Positions 31,949-42,915 of a DNA stretch of 64,000 nucleotides are shown here, piece by piece. The notes under the pieces were generated by a model. It was not told where the DNA came from. It did not search any database and worked only from the letters and a program-made list of their open reading frames with translations. Position numbers and translations under genes: made by a program. Position 1 is the stretch's first letter; each line of letters starts with the position of its first letter. The stretch comes from Nitrososphaerales archaeon. Its GTDB lineage: Archaea; Thermoproteota; Nitrososphaeria; Nitrososphaerales; UBA213. Location: NCBI GenBank assembly GCA_965197925.1, contig CBDAOC010000019.1, positions 384,001 through 448,000 on the forward strand. The letters run 5' to 3'.

Positions 31949-33118
31949 ATGATTTGGATGAGTGACGATTTAGAAAAGCTAGCAGAGTCAGAACAAGAAA
32001 TACCGGCAGAGATTCAAGAGAAAAAAAGAAAGGGCTTGCTAAGAACGGGTTATACAACTGGCACATGCTCCACTGCTGCAACAAAGGCTGCATTAATTAC
32101 TATGATATATGGAAACCCCGTTGAAGAAGTAACGGTAGATTTACCCAAAGGCAAGATTGTGACGCTAAAGATAAATCGTTGTAAGTTCGTAAACGACCAA
32201 ACGGAATGTGTCGTAATAAAGGACGCAGGCGACGACCCCGATGTAACACATGGTGCGGAAATTGTGTCAACTATTTCATGGACAGATAATGTAGGAATTG
32301 TGGAAATCTATGGAGGAAAGGGCGTAGGAAAAGTGACTAAACCTGGAGTTGGTCTAGAAATTGGGAAGGCTGCAATAAATCCAACCCCCTTGAGAATGTT
32401 AAATGATATAGTTAAGAAGGTTGCAGTCGATCAGTTGAAGACTAGAGGCGTACAAGTTATAATTTCTGTGCCGAAAGGCGAGGAGTTAGCAAAGTTAACT
32501 GACAATCCTAGATTAGGAATTGTAGATGGAATATCTATACTTGGTACAAGTGGCATAGTTTTACCATATTCAACAGGCTCCTTCACTGCTAGTATTAGGC
32601 AGGGCTTGGATGTTGTTAAAGCAGTAGGCAATGACACTATTGTCCTGACCACTGGGGGAAGGAGTGAAGATTTCGCAAAAGACTTGCTTAGGTTGCCGGA
32701 GCATTGTTACGTTCAGATGGGTGATTTCGTTGCCTATTCCGTAAGACAAGCTCTCCTTAAAGGTATGAATAAGGTGGTTATTGCGGGATTCATTGGAAAA
32801 TTGTCAAAGATTGCAATGGGGGTCAAACAAACGCATGTAAAGGGATCTCATGTTGATATGGTGTTCATGGCTAATATAGCTAAGGAATGTGGGGCTAATG
32901 AAGAGCTTGTCAATAAAATAATAATGGCCAATACAGCAAGACATGTATCAGAAATTGTTATGAGTAGCAAACTAAATGGTTATTTTGATTTGTTATGTGA
33001 AAAAGTACATTTTATGATGACTAATCATATAAAAGGACAGATACATATAGAGTGTATAATGTTTGACTTTGATAATAAGGTTTTAGGAAGATATCCAAAA
33101 AATTGTAATTTATATTAG
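31949..33118 (+). CDS. cbiD: Cobalt-precorrin-5B C1-methyltransferase
   Basis: LRTGYTTGTC, KDAGDDPDVTHG, GVGKVTKPG, NPRLGIVDGISILGTSG. Confidence 0.96.
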   Translation: MIWMSDDLEKLAESEQEIPAEIQEKKRKGLLRTGYTTGTCSTAATKAALITMIYGNPVEEVTVDLPKGKIVTLKINRCKFVNDQTECVVIKDAGDDPDVTHGAEIVSTISWTDNVGIVEIYGGKGVGKVTKPGVGLEIGKAAINPTPLRMLNDIVKKVAVDQLKTRGVQVIISVPKGEELAKLTDNPRLGIVDGISILGTSGIVLPYSTGSFTASIRQGLDVVKAVGNDTIVLTTGGRSEDFAKDLLRLPEHCYVQMGDFVAYSVRQALLKGMNKVVIAGFIGKLSKIAMGVKQTHVKGSHVDMVFMANIAKECGANEELVNKIIMANTARHVSEIVMSSKLNGYFDLLCEKVHFMMTNHIKGQIHIECIMFDFDNKVLGRYPKNCNLY

Positions 33119-33124
33119 TAGTAA

Positions 33125-33593
33125 ATGACAAATCTAATGCAAGGTACCTCGAGAATAGCCGTGATACCACCTATTATTTACTTTTTTCCATTAATTGTGA
33201 GCGTGCTCCTACATTTTTTTGCCCCTTCCACTTCTGTCCAGTTCTTTACATCTTTTAATTGGCCCACTTTTTATTGTGATAGGAATTTTTATGACGGTGT
33301 GGGCCATTGGAAAGTTTCGACAGGTGGGGACGAGTGAGAAGGTCAATAAACCCACTTCAGCAATAGTTACTGATGGACCATACAAATTCACCCGTAATCC
33401 GATGTACCTATCTATAGCACTAGCTTATATTGGAATAGCTATTTCTTTCAATTCACTCATGGCCATGTTTTCCTTACCGTTGGTAATCTTAGTAATGCAG
33501 TTTTATGTAATTAATCGGGAGGAAAAATATCTAGAGAGAAAGTTTGGGAAGGAGTACTTGCACTACAATGCTAGAGTCCGACCCTGGGTCTGA
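33125..33593 (+). pseudogene. Isoprenylcysteine carboxyl methyltransferase/PEMT-family membrane protein, frameshifted at a T7 tract
   Basis: IPPIIYF in one frame; GPYKFTRNPMY, EEKYLERKFG.EY..Y...V.PW in the next. Confidence 0.8.
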
Positions 33594-34154
33594 TCTTGTT
33601 TGTAGAATTTCATACTGTGCCAATTCTTAACTCACCTAAATGATATGGTGTATGAAAGGACTAACTAGATCTGATGCCGCAAGTCTTCTACCACTATTTG
33701 TGGTTACAATTGAACCCACAGAAAGCAATAACGCTAATCCCATTACTATAGCCATAGGTTTGTTTGAATCCATGAGTTTCTTGTGTAAAAGAAAAATAAA
33801 AGAGATACCGCCAGCAATTCTACAAAAAATATATTAGAAATAATTTAATACAAGTTAACGGCAATTGTATAGGTTGATAAATGAATTAGATGTTGGAGGG
33901 AGTGTGTAAGGTGAGTAGTTCTGGACGGAGGCAAAAAAGAGAAGGTAATGTTACCAAATATGAACTGTATACGTTAGTATCAACTTAGAGCCTATCCTAA
34001 AATTCTAGCTGATAGTTAATGATTGGTAGAAATGATAACATTTAGAATGCAAGAATATTAGTTCAAACTGTCGGGTTTAGTTTTCTTACTATTGATTTTA
34101 TTAGTATTGTAGATAGTAGATACTAGAAACAGTTGCATTAACGTGTTTATGACA

Positions 34155-34990
34155 CTACCAATATATCGCTCTATACACTATTAGGCAGTTAGCAAATTCT
34201 ACTAGCGCCTGATAATTTTCCTTCTTCTTCTCGAACCTTACCAATAACTTTCTGAACCTATTATGCCAAGATGCGGTTCTTTCTACAACCCATCTCTTTG
34301 CTTTGTACAAATTCTTTTTCAATACTTCACCCTTATGACGAATGTGATCCACATATCCCCTTCCTAACTCCATACTCTATCTCTGGAAAATCATATCCTA
34401 TTCATGCATATGTTCTGTTTAACTTTGGGCCTATCAACAACAATGCTATCTATTGTAGGAAAGGCTGATTTCATATCGTGTTTATTTGCTTCAGTAATTA
34501 CAGATGAGAGGTACTCCTCTTCTATCAACCAGCATGTGACGTTTGGTACCTAGCTTGCCTCTATCCGTTGGGTTTGCTCCGGTCGTTTTCCCCCTAATGG
34601 GGCCTTCGGTACGCTATCCATGGATTGCCAGTCCCATCCTATACCCTTCAATTCATCATATATTTCCAGCAGCCTCTTCCATACCTTCTTGAATACTCCT
34701 ATCCCAATCCATTCCTGAAATCTTGCATGGCAAGTTGAGCCAGAACCAAATTCTTTCGGCACCTTCTTCCACTGGCATCCAGTTCTTAATACGTACAGTA
34801 TTCCATTCAATACTTTTCTAAATGGTACAGCTGGCCTTCCAACTGTTCTTGCTGGTTTCTCTGGTGGCAACACTAGTTTGAACTCTTCCCATAGATTGTC
34901 TGGTATATGCCATATAGTCGGCATGCTCTTTTTCTTTGATTTTCTCACAAATTTAGCTAGAGAGGACAGATCTAGAATATATGAAAACGT
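34155..34990 (-). mobile_element. IS5-family element, degraded (orfA 34550-34948; broken orfB)
   Basis: IPDNLW..GRP...RKVLNGILYVLRTGCQWK; RWVVERTASWHNRFRKLLVRFEKK. Confidence 0.85.
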
Positions 34991-35129
34991 AAACTAGCCA
35001 TTTTAAAATTTTGACAAATCTGACGACCATTATATAAGGAGTAAAAATAACTGATGTGTCGAATAATTATCCAAAAGATCGTGTTCGGTTGACAGAATAA
35101 GATTTTGATCACCATAACTATGCAGCATC

Positions 35130-35375
35130 ATGCCAGATAGAAACTGGAAAGAATACAATGAGGCACCCGTTAGAAGGGGGGAGATACTGTTGGATATGGA
35201 CTTCATAGATACATGGCCAGATGAGCTGGCAAAAATGAATGATGGAAAGGTAAGGGAAACCATTCGATTACCCGAAATCGCTGACAAGACTACTGGCAAT
35301 TATGCATGCGTATTTGCCGCCATACGGGCAGTCGGAAGGACTTGCATTGACGAGTCATACAGGTTTGAAGGCACC
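35130..35375 (+). mobile_element. IS5-family (IS903/ISC-like) transposase N-terminal fragment
   Basis: RNWKEYNE..VRRGEILLD. Confidence 0.75.
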
Positions 35376-35802
35376 GGCTCTGTAGAAACCATACCATAAA
35401 TACAGTCAACCTATACATGTTGTAGGCTATCACTTTGAACATCAATTCCCTATTCTTCATCTTCACCATTCTTGATGCTATACGGTCACCAAGCATCCTC
35501 TTTACCACGGACAGTATCGTCTCATTCTTGTTCCTCTGATAGTAAAGTTGTTTGTAGAATCTTCTCTTCATCTGCTTCCTATACCCTCCATACGTTCTCC
35601 ATATTGGAACATCTTCATATCTGGCAGGCATGATACTGGCAGCATCAGGTTCTTTTCATACAAATTCATGATTTGCTTCACCATCTTCACTATCATAACC
35701 CTTGTCTGCTACAACGATAGATAATGGCATTATGTTAGATGTTCTTTCCATAATGGGTCTGAAATCTATGGTATCATGCTTAGGAGCACGCCTGATCTTC
35801 AT
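35376..35802 (-). mobile_element. DDE transposase C-terminal fragment with IS end GGCTCTGTAGAAACC
   Basis: KIRRAPKHD, VADKGYDSE, YYQRNKNET..SVVKR..G, VIAYN; the same end sequence recurs at 29538-29552. Confidence 0.78.
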
Positions 35803-36850
35803 TAGACCTATTACGTAATTAGGAATCGTAACTACCTTAACCTCAGCCAGATGCTCGCTCTTCATAACATCATTCCTTTACTTCGCATCATTCTGAAGTT
35901 CACCAAACCAGAAACTATATCGGAAGCATTATTGTAGTGTTTTAGCCTATTCCTGAACCTTGTTCCCATTATATTGAACTTCCTTGCTTTGCTTATTGCA
36001 TGCCCAACCACAAACCTCTTCCTTGCAAGCCTTTTATTCTTCCTTCCTTCCGTTTTCGACAGCTTTCTCTTTCTCTTCTTCTTTACCGGTAGAACACACC
36101 CCATGTCAGGAAAGTCATTCTGGACTCCATTGTATCCCAGATCGAAATGATTCTCAACCCGTGAAGGAGTCATGGGATGCTTCCCATAGATTGAATAATC
36201 GTGCTTCCTCACACTCTCATGACCTGTCTTATGGAGTATCAAGCCATTGTCATTCACCATGTACTGGATCTTCAGTATGCCTCTTCCTCTTGCCCGAGTA
36301 GTAGCACTTCCTTCTCCTCTTATTCTTGGGCCTGAGTATCTCCTGCCCTGCAGCATCGATGAATGTCCTGAAACCAGGAAAGTATAGTTCAACCCCTTCC
36401 ATGGCTCTGGCTCTTCTTGACATGCTGTACAGTTTCCTTGGAAGTGGGATGCACTTCTTTACGAGAGATTCCAGCATGTGTATATCTCTATACACATTGC
36501 CCTGGCCAGGATCAAGGAGGAAGCCGGAGAGCGTGTATGTTATGTATAGCTTGTAATAGACCAGAAGCATCAGGAACCTGTCCTTTAGCCCAGGCTTGAA
36601 TTTCCTTCCGGCATCGATATCTCTTTTTCTCCTTTCGGACAGGCGTCTTCTTTCATACTCATACCTTGATGTTATCTCCCTGTAGATGGCATCGAATTCT
36701 GCCACTTCCAGTCCGGTGAATGATTTGAATAACGATGGCTTCCTGAAGAGGCATGTATAGTTCAGCGATGGCATGTATACTATAGATACAAGCCCTGATC
36801 TGATCGTTTCGATTCAGGCTACAGAATTGTCTAATTACGCAATAGGTCTA
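35803..36850 (-). mobile_element. IS5/ISL2-like (DDE_Tnp_4) element, frameshifted
   Basis: 20-bp TIRs TAGACCTATT(A/G)CGTAATTAG at both ends; FKSFTGL, YYSGKRKRHT, DLGY. Confidence 0.85.
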
Positions 36851-36889
36851 CTGTAGTCAAAATTAGTCATACTGCGGGTTAAGACAAGA

Positions 36890-37310
36890 ATCCGACTCGT
36901 AAGTTTTTCTACCGGCTTCTGACCTTATTTTACTAGAAACCGCATACTCTGGGAAATCATAACAGACATCGTGGATAATATCCATTAACGTCATCTGATT
37001 ACAATGGTCAGCAATTCTTTTCCTCAATTCATTAGCATATCTCTAGTTTTCTTTTCTGAACGGCCCAAATCTTTCACGACCTGCTGGTGTCAGTGCAAAT
37101 CTATCGACCCAGTGGCCAAATGAACTCTTGACTTTATGTTTGTCAGCAAAACCATCTCCAATTGGAGACTCTACATCCTGTGCTAGGCTTGGACTAGGAC
37201 CATGGTTGCTTGCCATCCAATCTTGATAAAACCTTGTCTAGGCCTTTTATTTTCTTTGAACCTAAAAACGCATATTTCTGCAATCTAGTTGCACCATCAA
37301 TCCAATGTGG
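36890..37310 (-). pseudogene. SocA/Panacea (DUF4065)-like antitoxin pseudogene
   Basis: Manual fragments GATRLQKYAFL, HGP..SLAQDVE, YDFPEYAVSSKI across frameshifts. Confidence 0.55.
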
Positions 37311-37796
37311 TAAAAAACAGATCGTTAGATCGGTTTTGGTAAAAACTGGCAAGAATTCACCAATTCTTTACCTTTACCAGTTTGGTAAAAACCGCTAGGT
37401 GGGGGTTTTTGTAAGCGTGCCAAAATGGTAAATGGTAAGCGTGAAAATGCTATTGGTAAGGAATTTTGAAAATGGCAGGCTCACCATTTTGGTAAACTGT
37501 TTGTGGGATAAAAGCGATAAAAAACATCACCAGTCAAATGGTAAAGATTTTGTGAACCTATTTTATTTTTGTAAAATATTTGAAGTGCAAGTGGTAACAT
37601 CACGGATATGATAGGCGTGATTGTGATATTGCAGTCATAAAAAGTCATAAATGATTATTTCCCGAATAGTGTTGTTTGTGATATTTGCAAGTCTAATCAT
37701 AAATGAAAAATTGTATTTTTACACACCATTTGAAAAAATACATCCCTTTCCTGCAACTAGTACCGTGATAGCTACGGTTCTGGCAGATTCTAGTGA

Positions 37797-38540
37797 TCAG
37801 ATCACCAGAATCTGCCAGAACATGCCCGAACCACGCTCCATCAGTTTTGTTTTAGTTTCAGGTTTTACACATACCGGAGTATCGTCAGATGATTTAAAAA
37901 GCAATTCTAGTTCTTTTTTACATAATAAATCGCTAATCGCAATACCTGAATTGAGTTGTTTTAAGGGAGGAAGCAGACTATAGTATGGTGGTTGTTCTAA
38001 ATCTGCCATTGCACATAAACTAGGTGTGGGAAACATTGACACACCTGAAGCTATCACCTCGATTGTATTGGTATCTGCAGTTAACGGTATTTCCAGGATT
38101 CGTGCCTCATCAGTAGAGTTTTCCTCGTATTCTACCCCGAGCCCGTCAACAAGTACGATGAATATATCGTCTTCGCTAGGTTTTCCATCACGTACGAATT
38201 TCATATCAAGCATCTGTCTTGGTATGTAGATTGTTAAGGTTTCTTCCTTAGCTTCTTGCATATAAATCAATAAATTCGGCCACACACAATCAAGTTCTAT
38301 TTTTTGTATAATTGAATCCGATACCTTATATGGGATGTGATACACATAATGCCCGTATACTAAATAATAGATCTCGTAATTAGGATCGGAAAAAGGATCA
38401 GTATTATCTGTTTCAATAGCAAAAACGGGCAGCAAAAAAAATGTAAATAGAACTAAAGTGGCAATACTAGTGAGTGCAAGAAAGAAATAATTATTTTTAG
38501 AATATGGAAAATAATTTATTTTATTTGTCATCATGACCAT
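37797..38540 (-). CDS. Secreted/surface protein of thaumarchaeal type
   Basis: Signal peptide; IPRQMLD..F.VLVDG..V.YEE domain; PLKQ..SG....C...L....K......CVKPET..KL.ERG C-terminal module. Confidence 0.75.
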   Translation of the reverse strand: MVMMTNKINYFPYSKNNYFFLALTSIATLVLFTFFLLPVFAIETDNTDPFSDPNYEIYYLVYGHYVYHIPYKVSDSIIQKIELDCVWPNLLIYMQEAKEETLTIYIPRQMLDMKFVRDGKPSEDDIFIVLVDGLGVEYEENSTDEARILEIPLTADTNTIEVIASGVSMFPTPSLCAMADLEQPPYYSLLPPLKQLNSGIAISDLLCKKELELLFKSSDDTPVCVKPETKTKLMERGSGMFWQILVI

Positions 38541-38584
38541 TTGATTTCACAACAAAAAAAGAAAGAATATTTTTCCTTGTTTTA

Positions 38585-39228
38585 TCATTTACTGATTGTC
38601 CACGTGGTTCTATTCATAGTTATGCAGTTCTCTAGAGAATTTCTATCTGCAGGTGAAGTCGGGGCCTGTGATGTCTCATTTCCAGCAGAATCTAGATACT
38701 TGTATTTGGTAAACTGCATACTAAATGTTGGATAATGAGAACATGTGGTACTTGCTGTTTCTATTCCCATTCTGTGTCCTCCGCCTCCAGTTCCTAAATA
38801 GAGAGTTGTGTTTGGGGCCTGTTGGATCTGATAGCTATTCAATACTCCTTGCGTATGATCCTGATACGCTGCAAGCCAAGTGCCATTGCTATTGAACAGC
38901 GATAATGTGATATCGTGTCCAGCTGGATCAAAGGTCACTGGCTCGTATTTCTCCCATATCTTTGTACCTCCATCTAAATAACCACGCCAGAAGTACCACC
39001 CCTCTCGGTCATACCAGATATATCCTTAACGTATATAAAATTACATTCAACGTAATTCCCACGAGGATTTTCAAGATATGCAAGCAGTTGTGGTCCTGAT
39101 GCCCAAGAATTTGAATTAATTGCTATAGTTTTCAAAGCACTTGGAAGCACACCTCTTGTTCTGTTTCCGTATGGCACAGGCGTGGTATTTGGCCACTGCA
39201 TCAAAAATCGAAATCCAACATTAGCCAT
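38585..39228 (-). pseudogene. Fragmented hypothetical (secreted-type) gene
   Basis: Two short collinear ORFs, Thr/Gly/Ser-rich. Confidence 0.35.
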
Positions 39229-39621
39229 TGTCTCTTACCTTTCTTTTCTACAATATAAAAGCTTTCACGACTTATTCCAATAAGCGGATTTACATTTAGG
39301 ACACAAAACACAGAGTATCTAGGAATATTAATACAATAGTTATAAGTGATGTTTTTGTTTAGTTACAGTAATTCTTAATAGAATAACTAAGCGGTATTTG
39401 AATTACTGCATTTTTAGACCAAGATAGAAGAATTAAAAATTCTAGAACCATAGTTTTTAGCCCATTGTATAGAAATATAGAATATAGAATTACACCATTA
39501 GATCAATGTAAGATTTCATTCATGCCTATGCATGAAAGAATCACGATACGTGAAACTTGCAGAAACGATACTCAATGTCTTGATAAGGGCTAGAAGTTAA
39601 CAGAACTAAGCCTAACAGTAT

Positions 39622-39985
39622 GTGAACAAAGGATCTAAATCTAATACAGATAATATATCATACATGTTCGTTGGACTAGATATACGCAAGAACTACATAC
39701 AAGCAGCTATTATGGATGAACAAGGAAGTATAGGAAGAGAAGTATTCAAAACAATGTACATGATATTGAGAAATTCTTTACCAACATTACGGATGCCAAG
39801 GTAGTTATGGAGCCATCAAGCATATGGTACCACATATACAAGCTCTTGAGCAAAGTACCAAGTTGTCTTAATCCTATCAAGACAAAAGCCATTGCATCTA
39901 CAAAGACAAATAGATAGATGCTAGAATACTTGCTGATCTTCTACGGGGAGGATACATAGCCGAGTGTTATGTTCCTGATGAAACT
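39622..39985 (+). pseudogene. IS110-family transposase N-terminal remnant
   Basis: FVGLDI.K..IQAAIMDEQG; later frames VMEPS..WY, NP.KTKAIA, DARILADLLRGGYIAECYVP. Confidence 0.82.
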
Positions 39986-40134
39986 GTCGACAGAAACGCT
40001 TAAGAGCAGTTCACATGGGTATCCGAAAATCCTATTTCAGAGATTGTATTCTTATCGATGCTCTTATACCGCCAATAATTATATCGGAATGTGATAGATG
40101 GACTTACCAGTGAATTGCTCTTTATACTATTATT

Positions 40135-40400
40135 AGACAGTTAACAAATTGCTCTTCCAAATGCCCGATAATTCTCTTTCTTCTTCTCATATCTTGTTAA
40201 CAACTTGAACCTGTTATGTTATGACGCTGTCCTCCCTACAACCTATCGTTTTGACCTAGGATTTTCTTCTTTATCATTATTCTTTATCATACCTTCTGTC
40301 TAATGTGATCAATATGTCCCTGATCAATATGTCCTCTCTCCATCGACTCTTCTTGTATTTCAGGAAAACTTGTCCATACACACATATTCTATTCTGTTTT
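40135..40400 (-). pseudogene. IS5 orfB remnant related to 34155-34373
   Basis: VVGRTAS*HNRFKLLTRYEKKKENYRA. Confidence 0.65.
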
Positions 40401-40407
40401 AGATCTA

Positions 40408-40698
40408 TCAATTACGATATTGTCTATTGCAGGAAAGATTGATTTCATATCGTGCCTGTTTCAGTTCGTGAAATGTCTGCATTATTGGGCATGTAATCTT
40501 GTTAGGTTTCCAGATGCAGTATTTCAGCCCCGTAATTCCTGGATTTTGTTCCGTCACTGTCTTATTACGCAGGCACTTGAGAATGAAGCCTTTGAACTTC
40601 CTGTTAATACTCTCAACATCTGTATCTGCAAGTAATCGCTCTAATTCCTCAGCTTCTTCGGCGGTCCATATTAAAAACGAGCGATATTTGCTGGGCAT
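40408..40698 (-). CDS. Hypothetical protein of integrated element
   Basis: Starts 5 bp after the recombinase stop. Confidence 0.55.
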   Translation of the reverse strand: MPSKYRSFLIWTAEEAEELERLLADTDVESINRKFKGFILKCLRNKTVTEQNPGITGLKYCIWKPNKITCPIMQTFHELKQARYEINLSCNRQYRN

Positions 40699-40702
40699 CT
40701 AC

Positions 40703-42034
40703 TTACTCCCTCAAATGTGGTGCGGAACCATTGTGGTAGTATCCTATGGCGCAACGCATGCTGCAAAAATAATCATAATTCTCATCTTTGATTTCTGGTG
40801 GATTATGGAAGTAGCAAACGTCCTGCATGAGTATGGCCTCTGCAGTTGTGCGTGCGTACACCTTTAGCAGTGTGTTGACATCATCCCATCCCATTGATGC
40901 TACAAGGGTTGCATTGCTTGCCGTCCTGCGCATCGCCACATGCGCCCCGCTGTGCCTTAACACGTATACTAGCTTGTTTGCCCAGTACCATTCATCAGTT
41001 CCTTTGGGATAACTCCACTTCTGGTGCATGCCATTGTGCTCGTCATAATGTGACCTGTCAATTTTGCCTAGGGATACATAATAATCACTTAGTGCAGATG
41101 CAAGTTCGCTCTCCAATGCGACGACGCGGGTATTGTTACCGACATAGCTGCCACAGAATGTTGCACCGTGCTTCACACGCTTGATTATTTCAATCACCTT
41201 GGGATGTATTGCCATCTTGTCAAAGGCACGGTCTGTTTTGGATTCATACAATTGCATGATTGCATATTCACCATGAACGCCCTTGGCATCGATTGGCTTG
41301 ATCTCAAATTTGTTCACCATCGTGATTCCCGTCTTGGTCCTGGGAAAGACCTCGTGCAGCACGGCAAACAATTCCTCAAAACCATAACCATGCATGAACT
41401 TGAGCCCCCGTTCAAACTCCCTGTCCGTAAGCTTCACATTGGCATATGCGCCAAAACGCTTCTTCCTGCCTGACATGATACCTGTGATCCCACGTGGAAT
41501 AGCGATGCCATTCCTGATCATGAAATTACGGGTCGATGATATGTAACGGGTTATCTCCCTGGAACTGAAATCGATATTATTGAGTTGATGTGCGTACCTT
41601 GCCTCTCCTGCCTTGAACATTCTTTCAAACTCCTTTAGCAAGGCAACGCTTGTGTCAATGTCCTGCAGGAATGCATCCGGGTGAACATTCAGCGTGTTGC
41701 ATACAACGTTCAGGCCTTGTATCATATGGTTAACCGATACCACTGGCTGCCCATTCTTTCCAGCGGTCATCAAGTCGTTGAACCATTTCTGGACTGATGG
41801 AATCTGCAGGAATTCAGACTTTGCCATTTCTGCATATTGTACCTGCTTCCTGTCCTGTTCTGACCTGAGTAGATGACCAGTATTGGGATCTTTTTGTAGT
41901 TTCCCAGCCTTGACTAATTTATTCCATTCCAACCATACCCATTGTTCTGAACGATTCATGAGGGAGGCAATTTCGCTCCTGCTCTTTGATGAAATGCCTT
42001 TGGACTTGTTGCCGATTGTATGTTCATATACCAT
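40703..42034 (-). CDS. Divergent tyrosine recombinase/integrase with N-terminal winged HTH
   Basis: FPRTK (R), YESKT (K), YVLRHSG (xxxR-H), MGW.D..TL.KVY (W...Y); N-terminal SRSEIASLMNRSEQWV...KLVKAGKL. Confidence 0.75.
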   Translation of the reverse strand: MVYEHTIGNKSKGISSKSRSEIASLMNRSEQWVWLEWNKLVKAGKLQKDPNTGHLLRSEQDRKQVQYAEMAKSEFLQIPSVQKWFNDLMTAGKNGQPVVSVNHMIQGLNVVCNTLNVHPDAFLQDIDTSVALLKEFERMFKAGEARYAHQLNNIDFSSREITRYISSTRNFMIRNGIAIPRGITGIMSGRKKRFGAYANVKLTDREFERGLKFMHGYGFEELFAVLHEVFPRTKTGITMVNKFEIKPIDAKGVHGEYAIMQLYESKTDRAFDKMAIHPKVIEIIKRVKHGATFCGSYVGNNTRVVALESELASALSDYYVSLGKIDRSHYDEHNGMHQKWSYPKGTDEWYWANKLVYVLRHSGAHVAMRRTASNATLVASMGWDDVNTLLKVYARTTAEAILMQDVCYFHNPPEIKDENYDYFCSMRCAIGYYHNGSAPHLRE

Positions 42035-42099
42035 CTGGGTTAGTTGCTGTTGATCTTCCTCGCCACCGGCACGGTTCTTCTGCCAGGAGAATCTAGTTC

Positions 42100-42243
42100 T
42101 TATGTTCCCTCACCTTGACGGCATTCCATGCACAAAAATTCACGATCGGCTGGATTCGAGCAGTCGCACTTCCCTATCGTGCTGTGAAAGCTGCATCCAG
42201 CGCATCTTATCTTATGCTCATGTATCGATACATTGGTAGTCAT
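42100..42243 (-). CDS. Small Zn-finger protein (47 aa)
   Basis: MTTNVSIHEHKIRCAGCSFHSTIGKCDCSNPADREFLCMECRQGEGT; ATGA overlap with the upstream RHH gene. Confidence 0.6.
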   Translation of the reverse strand: MTTNVSIHEHKIRCAGCSFHSTIGKCDCSNPADREFLCMECRQGEGT

Positions 42244-42428
42244 GCTTCCACCTCGGTTTTACGGTTCATTTGAGTGGCCTCATGATAGTCTACCTCTTTT
42301 CGTAAATCATGCTGAACCAATTGTGAAAAATTAGTAAATGGTTTGTTATGACCGCATATTTCATCACAATAAAATTTCAAACTTCTAGGAATTTTTATTG
42401 TGATCCAATCATCAGTTGTTTGTTTCAT
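42240..42428 (-). CDS. Ribbon-helix-helix regulator (Cro-like size)
   Basis: WITIKIPRSL...DEI......F.N.SQLV...LR. Confidence 0.75.
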   Translation of the reverse strand: MKQTTDDWITIKIPRSLKFYCDEICGHNKPFTNFSQLVQHDLRKEVDYHEATQMNRKTEVEA

Positions 42429-42538
42429 ATGTTATATATTACATATACATCTATTTATAGATTATGTAACATTTTGCATAAAATAGTTCAATAAAAAAAC
42501 ATATAAAATTAATAAACAAATATGTAAAGTTTAACACA
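42428..42538. promoter_or_regulatory. Divergent promoters with three TATGTAA-N4-TTACATA operators
   Basis: 42428 TATGTTA-TATA-TTACATA; 42463 TATGTAA-CATT-TTGCATA; 42521 TATGTAA-AGTT-TAACACA. Confidence 0.7.
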
Positions 42539-42915
42539 TGGTAGAATGGGAAACAGTGGCAATACCTAAATCGTTAGTAGAACAGATTGAAAAAATCATA
42601 AATTCAGAATATGGAGCAAAAATAGGCTTACGAAATAAAAATCAATTTGTGACAGATGCTGTTAAAAAACTAATTCAAGAATGTTCAGAACGCCTCAAGC
42701 ATATAAACATGTACGATGACCACGTAAAAATTATGGACAACAAGCTTGGTAAATTGGGCAGAATCGTATCGGTATACTTTAAAAAAGGAAATAATCCATG
42801 GTGCGACTACTGCGAGGAGCCAGACTGCATCCATGTCCAGTACGCATGGGAGATTGCAGGCGTGCGGAAGATTCTGGAAAAATATAGGTTTAGTCCTCCT
42901 CCGTCAAGGGTCTAA
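42538..42915 (+). CDS. RHH regulator with C-terminal Zn-binding (CxxC...CxH) domain
   Basis: WETVAIPKSLVEQIE...N...FV.DAVK; CDYCEEPDCIHV. Confidence 0.78.
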   Translation: MVEWETVAIPKSLVEQIEKIINSEYGAKIGLRNKNQFVTDAVKKLIQECSERLKHINMYDDHVKIMDNKLGKLGRIVSVYFKKGNNPWCDYCEEPDCIHVQYAWEIAGVRKILEKYRFSPPPSRV

